Source of the DNA: Patescibacteria group bacterium
GTDB lineage: Bacteria > Patescibacteriota > Patescibacteriia > UBA2591 > UBA6264
DNA length: 32,000 nucleotides
NCBI GenBank assembly: GCA_028713575.1
Contig: JAQTOB010000002.1
Location: 30,001-62,000, forward strand
Direction of reading: 5' to 3'
In this document: positions 25,755 to 32,000 of the stretch, piece by piece
Numbering within the stretch: the first letter of the stretch is position 1
How the letters are laid out: each line of letters begins with the position of its first letter
Notes under the pieces: model-generated
Seen by the model: only the letters and a program-made list of their open reading frames with translations
What the model was told of the DNA's origin: nothing
The model's database searches: none
Program-made: the position numbers and the translations under genes

Positions 25755-25968
25755 ACTTAAGAAAGGGGTCTGTCCCCAAAAAATGCCTTTCTAAAATCCT
25801 TATCAGTGTTGGATTTTAAGACGATTTTTAAAAAATAGTCGAATATCGACTACTTTAGAAAAATTAAATTCACCAAAATGGGACCGCCTTTGGAAAATGG
25901 CATACAGGGGCCGGACATAGATTTTTTAAAAGTCAGACCCCTTAAAGGGAAGATTGAGGAGGTTTAAC
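25755..25968 (+). repeat. 214-bp structured direct repeat, copy 1
   Basis: Aligns without gaps to 27685-27898 (offset 1930 bp) with 8 differences, all transitions. Confidence 0.9.
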
Positions 25969-26144
25969 ATCTGATGTGATGGTGAGTACCTACGAGGTGA
26001 GACCTCGTAGGGGTGATGAAAAATTCCCGTTTTTGTTTTTTGGCCCAATTTCGCCTCTATCTTTTACAGGGTCGCCACTTTTTATTGAGGTATATAAAAA
26101 TACGAAATTATTTAAATAATTTGCGGATTAAAAAATTTAATTTT

Positions 26145-26477
26145 ATGAAAACAATCAAATGGTTTGCTCGAATAATCGCATTATGTATTCTGGTGTTCGC
26201 TTTGCCGTTTTATTTTGGCTACGGTAATCCATTGCCGTTTGCTAATCCGAATTATTCTTTGTGGGAGAATGTTGCACTATCTATGATGCCACTGGTTTTT
26301 ATCGGTTTAGCCTTGGGCTGGAAGTATCCAAAAATCGCAGGCTGGCTTATTATTAGTGCAATTGCAATTGGTTTTATCGTTGGACTTTTAACAGAAGCAA
26401 ACCTCAGTATCAATCTGGCAGTTCCTATCATTCCAGGAATTTTGTATTTAATAGATGGGTATAAAAAAAATGAATAA
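26145..26477 (+). CDS. Small integral membrane protein (110 aa, 3-4 TM)
   Basis: The hydrophobic ORF core starts at MKTIKWFARIIAL (ATG 26145). The upstream part of the ORF, from 26013, is AT-rich and basic, so it is probably not coding. Confidence 0.55.
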   Translation: MKTIKWFARIIALCILVFALPFYFGYGNPLPFANPNYSLWENVALSMMPLVFIGLALGWKYPKIAGWLIISAIAIGFIVGLLTEANLSINLAVPIIPGILYLIDGYKKNE

Positions 26478-26646
26478 ATATATTAAGATAATACTTTCTA
26501 TTCTGGCGGTATTATTCGGGTTATTTTTAATTGTATTTGGCGGATACGATGACAGTCCTGGAGCACAAGGACTTGGACTTATATTAGTTATTACTACAGT
26601 CATTATCGTAATTAGAAGCAGAAAGAAAAACAACAATCCACTATGA
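26455..26646 (+). CDS. Small membrane protein (2 TM; alternative start 26470)
   Basis: Two hydrophobic helices separated by GGYDDSPGAQG; overlaps the neighbouring genes at both ends (operon-like). Confidence 0.4.
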   Translation: MGIKKMNKYIKIILSILAVLFGLFLIVFGGYDDSPGAQGLGLILVITTVIIVIRSRKKNNNPL

Positions 26647-27659
26647 TTTTTGAGCATTCATCAAAAAACAAAAAGGTATTATTGTTTATTTTTATAACTA
26701 TTTTAATGATAGGTGTTTTTTTGTCTTTATATTCGTCAGTCATCTTTCAAGAAGGCAATCCTTGGCCACAAATCAAAGGAATGGTTCAATTAAAATTTGG
26801 CGATAGTGATATTGTGAAGTTGTCGGGTTCAGATAATAAATTTATGACCGAAAGTAAAAACGGGACCATGATACATAATTTCATGAAAACCAAAGGATAC
26901 GAATTTACCGAGCAAATGGGTTCAGGTTACTTCTTCAAATCTTCTACAGGACAAAGCGCCATTGCCACTCATAAATATTACACTCGTTATTATTCGCTTT
27001 GGACTATTACCGAAAATAACAATTTCCAAACTGACAACGATCTGTGGGCGATGACTACCGATAACAACGGAGCAACCTTTCAATATCCAAAAGAGTTATT
27101 GGCCAAATATATTAGTATTGTAGAGTGGCCGCCGACAGTTAAGGTGGAATTTGGCAGTTTCTCTTGCGTTGAGACGCCACAAGAAAAAAGCAGTATGCTT
27201 GAAATAACCAGTCAGAGATTGGTTGATGATAGAATTTACTGCGTTAATGTTAAAAATGAGGGAGCGGCGGGAAGTGTTTATTCTTCCTATGTTTATACGA
27301 CTCCCAGGAGAGGAAAACTGGTTTCGGTTAGCTTTGTCTTGCGCTATACGAATTGTGCCAATTATGACGAGGAGCAGAGTCAGGCCTGTACAAGCGAGCG
27401 CGAGGCTTTTGATTTTGATGCGACAGTGGATCGCATAGTCCAGACTGTTAAATGGGATTCAGCTTTAAGTGAAGACACCTTATTTAATCAAATAGCTAAA
27501 TGTTTGGTATCAAGTCGGTCGGAAGATCAGGAAAAATGCGATGAATTTTTGAAACAGATTAGCGATTTTGATTCCTGCGTAATGGCTGGTTTCTCCATAA
27601 TGAAATCAAACCCTCTCCAGTGCGCCACGCCAGACGGCCGAATCTTTATTCAAAAGTGA
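26643..27659 (+). CDS. Signal-anchored extracytoplasmic protein (338 aa), Cys-containing C-terminal module
   Basis: N-terminal TM/signal anchor; visibly higher G+C than surrounding genes. ATGA overlap with the preceding ORF. No family recognised. Confidence 0.55.
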   Translation: MIFEHSSKNKKVLLFIFITILMIGVFLSLYSSVIFQEGNPWPQIKGMVQLKFGDSDIVKLSGSDNKFMTESKNGTMIHNFMKTKGYEFTEQMGSGYFFKSSTGQSAIATHKYYTRYYSLWTITENNNFQTDNDLWAMTTDNNGATFQYPKELLAKYISIVEWPPTVKVEFGSFSCVETPQEKSSMLEITSQRLVDDRIYCVNVKNEGAAGSVYSSYVYTTPRRGKLVSVSFVLRYTNCANYDEEQSQACTSEREAFDFDATVDRIVQTVKWDSALSEDTLFNQIAKCLVSSRSEDQEKCDEFLKQISDFDSCVMAGFSIMKSNPLQCATPDGRIFIQK

Positions 27660-27684
27660 AATAAGTAATTTTTCGGTATAATAG

Positions 27685-27898
27685 ACTCAAGAAAGGGGTC
27701 TGTCCCCAAAAAATGCCCTTCTAGAATCCTTATCAGTGTTGGATTTTAAGACGATTTTTAAAAAATAGTCGAATATTGACTACTTTAGAAAAATTAAATT
27801 CACCAAAATGGGACCGCCTTTGGAAAATGGCATACAGGGGTCGGACATAGATTTTTTAAAAGTCAGACCCCTTAAAGGGAAAATTGGGGAGGTTTGAC
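27685..27898 (+). repeat. 214-bp structured direct repeat, copy 2
   Basis: See copy 1; lies directly upstream of the SRPBCC gene. Confidence 0.9.
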
Positions 27899-27957
27899 CT
27901 CAGTAATATAGGGACGTGACAGGGTTCGGCCCAGCAAATTATTGTAAAATAATATAC

Positions 27958-28404
27958 ATGAACAAAATAACGCTCCATAATCAATGGGTTGTCAAAGCTC
28001 CCATAAATGATGTATTCAGAATAATGACCGACTTTGAAAAATTTCCGAAGAATTTTCCAAAGGTTGCTGAATCAATACAGATTAATAAACGGGAAGGAAA
28101 TTATTTGGGAATGGACGCAACCGTAAAATCATTCGGCAAAAGGTTTCAAGTAAAGATGAAAACTCAAATCCTCCCAGGGAAGGGCTTTATCTCAGATAAT
28201 GACAGTTATCAGTTTGGGACTTCCGGACATGAAGAGCTGCTGCTTTCCGAACACGTTGAAGGAACTTTAATTGACTATACCTATCAGGTCACCATTCATA
28301 AAAAATGGCTGAGTATAATCGCTGTACCTCTGCTGCGCTGGTATTCAATGAAATACTGGGAAAAGGCGGTTATTGATCAGCTTAAAAAGACCCTTGAGAA
28401 ATAA
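27958..28404 (+). CDS. SRPBCC-superfamily protein (polyketide cyclase/START-like)
   Basis: About 148 aa, with the pattern I.APINDVFRIMTDFEKFP... typical of SRPBCC N-termini. The ATG at 27958 is preferred over the GTG at 27916. Confidence 0.6.
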   Translation: MNKITLHNQWVVKAPINDVFRIMTDFEKFPKNFPKVAESIQINKREGNYLGMDATVKSFGKRFQVKMKTQILPGKGFISDNDSYQFGTSGHEELLLSEHVEGTLIDYTYQVTIHKKWLSIIAVPLLRWYSMKYWEKAVIDQLKKTLEK

Positions 28405-28447
28405 TTGAAAGTAGGAGTATGCAGGGGTTCAATTCCTACATTTTTTC

Positions 28448-28476
28448 TTGACAAATTTTTATTTTTATCGTATAAT
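28448..28476 (+). promoter_or_regulatory. Consensus sigma-70 promoter
   Basis: TTGACA (28448-28453), exactly 17 nt, TATAAT (28471-28476). Confidence 0.6.
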
Positions 28477-28565
28477 ATAATTGTTAGATTAAAAGATTCC
28501 TAAAAGGGGAGTTTTTTAATTCAAGGTCGATCTTTAACAAGTTAAAGCAAAAAAGAGGCACGCCT

Positions 28566-28835
28566 ATGGCTTTATTTTTTATTGGCATTTTGGAGATGAT
28601 TATTGTCACCACCTGGACTAAAGTCGTAACCCGGACGAAGATTATCGCAAGCGGAATAGTTACCTTAATCAACATTTTGATTTGGTATTATGTTTTAGAG
28701 ACAATTGTTAACGATATTAACAATTGGCGTTTAGTTCTCTTGTATGCTTTTGGTTGTGCTCTGGGTACGATGTTGACGACTTTTTATTTCGCCAACAGAG
28801 AAAAAACAGGGCAAGCGGAAAAGAAGCTAGAATAA
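28566..28835 (+). CDS. DUF5698-like small membrane protein (N-terminal module of the UPF0316/YebE family)
   Basis: 3 TM; pattern LEMIIVTTWTKVVTRTK..., ...DINNW..., ..GCALG resembles the UPF0316 N-terminal domain (from memory). Confidence 0.5.
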   Translation: MALFFIGILEMIIVTTWTKVVTRTKIIASGIVTLINILIWYYVLETIVNDINNWRLVLLYAFGCALGTMLTTFYFANREKTGQAEKKLE

Positions 28836-28907
28836 CATTATTTTAGTCTTTGTGCTTATGACACCAGAAGATTCATTGCCGAATAGTCGCAAGACAATCG
28901 GTAACTA

Positions 28908-28946
28908 AAAATCGCTTTTATTATATGTAAAGCGATTTTAGTTTTA
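28908..28946 (+). terminator. Rho-independent terminator
   Basis: AAAATCGCTTT / AAAGCGATTTT 11-bp stem, 10-nt loop, followed by AGTTTT. Confidence 0.65.
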
Positions 28947-28982
28947 AATAAAATGTGTTATAATGTTAAAAATTTTAATAAT

Positions 28983-29804
28983 ATGTCAAAAAAAATTGTT
29001 GATTTCGTAAAAATCGCCTGGTATGGTAAACATTTTGGCGAAGAACCTCCTTTGGTTGGAAAAAGGGGAGCAGGCGCCATATTTTTTACTGGTTGCAATT
29101 TAAGATGCATTTATTGCCAAAATTTTCAAATTTCTCAACAAGGTTTAGGCAAAAGGTATAATCTTAAAGAATTTATTGACATAATGCTAAAATTACAAAA
29201 GGAAAGGGCCCTGAATATAGACTTAGTTACGCCGACCATCTGGCGTAAACAAATAAAACAAGCGGTTATTTTAGCCAAAAAAAAGGGATTGAAGATTCCG
29301 ATTGTTTGGAATTCAAACGCTTATGAAGAAGTTGATGATTTAAAAGAAATGGAGGGATTGGTGGATATTTATTTGCCGGACTTTAAATATAGCGATGATA
29401 ATTTGGCTTTTAAATATTCCGGAGCAAAGAATTATGTTACTAAAGCAACGGCGTCAATCAAAGAAATGCAGCGCCAAGTTGGCAACTTAAAAACATTTAA
29501 GGGCATAGCGGAAAAAGGGATAATCGTTAGGCATTTAATTTTGCCAAATCAGGCAAAGAATAGTTTGAATGTTTTAAAAATCATCAAAAAAATTGATAAA
29601 GATATTATGGTGAGCTTGATGACGCAATACGAACCGGTTCACAAGGCGAAGGATTTTTCAGAAATAAACAGAACAATAAATAAAAAAGAATTCAATGAAG
29701 TTTTAAATTACTTTTTATTTTTGAATTTTAAGAACGCCTGGATTCAAGAGCGGGGAAGCCACCATATTTTTTTGCCTGATTTTAATAAAAAAAATCCTTT
29801 TTAA
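28983..29804 (+). CDS. Radical SAM protein, PflX-like (homolog of pyruvate formate-lyase activating enzyme)
   Basis: HFGEEPPLVG..GAIFFTGCNLRCIYCQN (CX3CX2C). Start moved to 28983 because TGTTATAAT (28956-28964) lies inside the longer ORF. Confidence 0.75.
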   Translation: MSKKIVDFVKIAWYGKHFGEEPPLVGKRGAGAIFFTGCNLRCIYCQNFQISQQGLGKRYNLKEFIDIMLKLQKERALNIDLVTPTIWRKQIKQAVILAKKKGLKIPIVWNSNAYEEVDDLKEMEGLVDIYLPDFKYSDDNLAFKYSGAKNYVTKATASIKEMQRQVGNLKTFKGIAEKGIIVRHLILPNQAKNSLNVLKIIKKIDKDIMVSLMTQYEPVHKAKDFSEINRTINKKEFNEVLNYFLFLNFKNAWIQERGSHHIFLPDFNKKNPF

Positions 29805-29848
29805 AAAACAAATTTTATGTTATAATAATTTTTTATGATTAAAAATAT

Positions 29849-30583
29849 ATGAATACTTTAATTTGGATAATTATTTCCGCTTTTATTATTAGCTTAACAG
29901 CTTGGGTCGGTTTAATTACTTTAATTTTAAAAGAAGAAAAATTAAAAAAAATTCTTTTACCCTTAGTGGCTTTTTCCGCCGGCTCTTTAATCGGTGGCGC
30001 TTTTTTACACTTGATTCCTGAAGCCCTGGAAAGAGAAGGTTCTGAAAATGTCTTTTTTTGGCTTTTAATCGGATTTTTAATTTTCTTTTTAATGGAACAA
30101 TTTTTGCATTGGCATCATTGCCACCGAGTTCCTTCTGAACATAAAAAGCCGGTAACTTATTTAATTCTTATTTCTGACGGCATTCATAATTTTATTGACG
30201 GCATGATTATTGCCGGCTCTTTTTTAATTAATGTAAAGATGGGGATTATTACTTGGTTGATTTGCTTAGGTCATGAAATTCCCCAGGAAATAGGGGAATT
30301 TGGTATTTTACTCCATGGCGGATGGAAAAAATATAAAGCCCTGTTATTCAATTTTGTTTCCGCCTTAATGATTATTCCCGGCGGGCTTTTCGTTTATTTT
30401 ATTTCTCAAGAAATCAATACGACTTTCTTGCTTTCTTTCGCTGCTGGCAATTTTATTTACATTGCAGCTTCTGATTTAATCCCAGAAATAAAAACAGGAG
30501 AAAATTTAAAAAAAAGTTTAAAACACTTTTTCTTTTTCATCCTTGGTATTTTATTTATTTTTTTAATTGGCATGATTGAATAG
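29849..30583 (+). CDS. zupT: ZIP-family divalent metal transporter (ZupT-like)
   Basis: Multi-TM; HNFIDGMIIAGSF and GHEIPQEIGEFGILL signature motifs. Confidence 0.8.
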   Translation: MNTLIWIIISAFIISLTAWVGLITLILKEEKLKKILLPLVAFSAGSLIGGAFLHLIPEALEREGSENVFFWLLIGFLIFFLMEQFLHWHHCHRVPSEHKKPVTYLILISDGIHNFIDGMIIAGSFLINVKMGIITWLICLGHEIPQEIGEFGILLHGGWKKYKALLFNFVSALMIIPGGLFVYFISQEINTTFLLSFAAGNFIYIAASDLIPEIKTGENLKKSLKHFFFFILGILFIFLIGMIE

Positions 30584-30634
30584 AGGCCAATTTTCCTTTA
30601 TTAAAAGTTATTTAATTAATAATAATTTAATATT

Positions 30635-31477
30635 ATGAATAATGAATTTGAAAACAAAATTTTTGAAGACTTAACCCAAGAACAAATGTTTTCTAAAGCG
30701 AAAAAAGTTATTCAAAGAGAAGAAATAAAACCCCGTGATTTTAAGGACCTTTATGGCGAAGATAATGTACAAATTGACGAACAATACGTGGAAAGAATGG
30801 AAAGAATATTTAAACAAGAAGAAAAACCGGAACAAAAAAAAATAAATCAGTTGGCGACTATTTTTGAAGCAGTTATTTACGAACATGGTGAATTAAGCGA
30901 TTGGTTCGGACCAGACGCTTATATGATTAAATCTTCCCGTTATGATGACATAAAAAACGGCGTAGACAGTGTAATAGAGTTTAGAGAAGATGAGCGCGCA
31001 GCCTCCCATTTGGCTTTGGCCGTTGATGTCACTTTTAGTTCGGATACACAAAATAAATTTAAAAGAATAAAAAAAGAAATTGATAACGGCCAATTGGCTA
31101 AAGTTAAATATTTTTGCTCAGAACATTTGAGTATTAGAGGAGAGTTAAGCCATTTGCCTCGTGTAATAATCGGCGCCGGGGCTAAAACCGTCAATGAATT
31201 AGGAGAATTGTGGATAGAAGAAAAAAACAAAAAATTAGGCAATCATCATATTCAATTTCAGATTTTAGAAGAGATATTAATGCAAATGAAAGCTTTTGCC
31301 AAATATGCCAAAACAAAGAAACAAAACGAAATCGCGGATACTTATGAAAAAACAGCTAAAATGATTGAAAAGATATATCAAAATAAAAAAGAGAATTTAA
31401 AAGACGATGGAGAAAGGGATGAGATTTTTTATCATCTTAAGGATTTGGTAAATTTCTTTGACCTTTTTTCTGATTAA
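30635..31477 (+). CDS. Hypothetical protein (280 aa)
   Basis: Long ORF with coding-like composition; no family recognised. Stop lies 3 nt before the sigma-factor start. Confidence 0.5.
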   Translation: MNNEFENKIFEDLTQEQMFSKAKKVIQREEIKPRDFKDLYGEDNVQIDEQYVERMERIFKQEEKPEQKKINQLATIFEAVIYEHGELSDWFGPDAYMIKSSRYDDIKNGVDSVIEFREDERAASHLALAVDVTFSSDTQNKFKRIKKEIDNGQLAKVKYFCSEHLSIRGELSHLPRVIIGAGAKTVNELGELWIEEKNKKLGNHHIQFQILEEILMQMKAFAKYAKTKKQNEIADTYEKTAKMIEKIYQNKKENLKDDGERDEIFYHLKDLVNFFDLFSD

Positions 31478-31480
31478 TAT

Positions 31481-32000
31481 ATGGATTTTTCCGACCAGCA
31501 ATTAATAGTTGATTATCTAAAGGGTGATGAAGAATCTTTTAAGATTTTGATTAAACGATATCTTAAACCGATTTATAATTTTGTTTATCAATACGTTAAT
31601 GACCCACAGGAAGCGCAAGACATTACTCAGGAAGTGTTTGTCAGGGTCTGGCGTTATTTGAAAAAATTTAATCAAAAAAAAAATTTTAAAACCTGGCTTT
31701 TTCAAATTGCTAAAAATGTTTCTATAGATTTTTATCGAAAGGCTCGCTTTCATGGAGGAGAAAGAAAAAATATTTCCTTTAGTGATTTTGAAAACGAAAA
31801 AGGGGAAAATATTTTAACAGAAACCATTCCTGACCCCGGACCTTTGCCCGATGAAATTTTAGAAAGAAGCGATATAGGTCAGCAACTGGCGAAAGCGACA
31901 AAAAAACTGTCGTTAAATTATAAAAACGTCATTTGTCTTTATTATTATCATCATTTTACTTTTCAAGAAATTGCCGAAATTTTATCTGCGCCGTTGAATA
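31481..32000 (+). CDS. ECF-type sigma-70 family RNA polymerase sigma factor (3' end beyond the window)
   Basis: Hand-translated; not in the ORF track because it runs off the window. Region 2 motifs DITQEVFVRVW and WLFQIAKNVSIDFYRK. Start of region 4: LSLNYKNVICLYYYHHFTFQEIAEIL. Confidence 0.8.
   Translation, partial: MDFSDQQLIVDYLKGDEESFKILIKRYLKPIYNFVYQYVNDPQEAQDITQEVFVRVWRYLKKFNQKKNFKTWLFQIAKNVSIDFYRKARFHGGERKNISFSDFENEKGENILTETIPDPGPLPDEILERSDIGQQLAKATKKLSLNYKNVICLYYYHHFTFQEIAEILSAPLN

Noticed and set aside
25878-25967. 29-codon micro-ORF conserved in both repeat copies (MGPPLENGIQG[P/S]DIDFLKVRPLKGKI[E/G]EV), with the stop kept as TAA in copy 1 and TGA in copy 2
   Set aside because: No Shine-Dalgarno sequence, and the start codon lies in the loop of a predicted hairpin. 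Two of three sense-codon differences are non-synonymous, and the sample is far too small. Not excluded, but RNA structure explains the conservation better.
25755-27898. The 214-bp repeats as a DGR template/variable repeat pair, integron attC sites, or a T-box/ZTP-like riboswitch
   Set aside because: DGR: the differences are mixed transitions, not adenine-specific, and there is no reverse transcriptase. attC: copy 1 ends in a GTTAAAC-like core on the minus strand but copy 2 does not, and there is no integrase. T-box/ZTP: only partial resemblance (AAAATGGGACCGCC lacks the UGGN tRNA-binding bulge sequence), and the downstream genes are not aaRS, purine or folate genes.
28411-28447. tRNA-like T-arm string GGGGTTCAATTCC after the SRPBCC gene, and a possible terminator
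   Set aside because: The flanks do not form a T-stem or any other tRNA arm. As a terminator the stem is only 6 bp (GTAGGA/TCCTAC) with a 17-nt loop, too weak to list.
1-32000. Alternative genetic code (UGA recoding, as in some candidate phyla), CRISPR arrays, rRNA genes
   Set aside because: Well-conserved genes (for example the permease and mraZ) terminate at the expected length on standard stops including TGA. No regularly spaced short repeats and no rRNA-like segments were seen.

Overview
AT-rich, gene-dense bacterial window read with the standard genetic code (long ORFs end cleanly at TGA, TAA and TAG). The gene content points to a reduced-genome lineage such as CPR/Patescibacteria, but this is inference only: short genes, a 365-aa gamma-only DnaX, a bacterial Elp3, a minimal dcw cluster and acetate kinase. 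Positions 1-25 kb are mostly housekeeping. They hold rmuC, an amino-acid permease, ackA, mraZ-rsmH-ftsL-ftsI-murF, a divergent Elp3 / Trm9-like pair, a phosphohexomutase, and a minus-strand block glyA-folD-secG-SBP-tRNA-Leu-trpS. They also hold tRNA-Glu, an orphan membrane-anchored TraD/VirD4-like ATPase overlapping dnaX, and tyrS. From about 25.06 kb the character changes. An intact tRNA-Gln(CTG) lies nested inside collinear fragments of a second tRNA-Gln copy, together with a GIY-YIG ORF. Next come two 214-bp direct repeats (206/214 identical, nested-helix fold) bracketing a 1.7-kb, G+C-richer three-gene membrane/secreted cassette. After that come small, unrelated cargo genes: SRPBCC, a DUF5698-like membrane protein, a PflX-like radical SAM enzyme, a ZIP transporter, an unknown 280-aa protein and an ECF sigma factor cut by the window end. 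The strongest second-look candidates are the tRNA-Gln/GIY-YIG mosaic, the structured 214-bp repeat pair, a cluster of perfect DnaA-box 9-mers upstream of mraZ, and the Elp3 + Trm9-like pair. No CRISPR array, rRNA, integrase or transposase was recognised.
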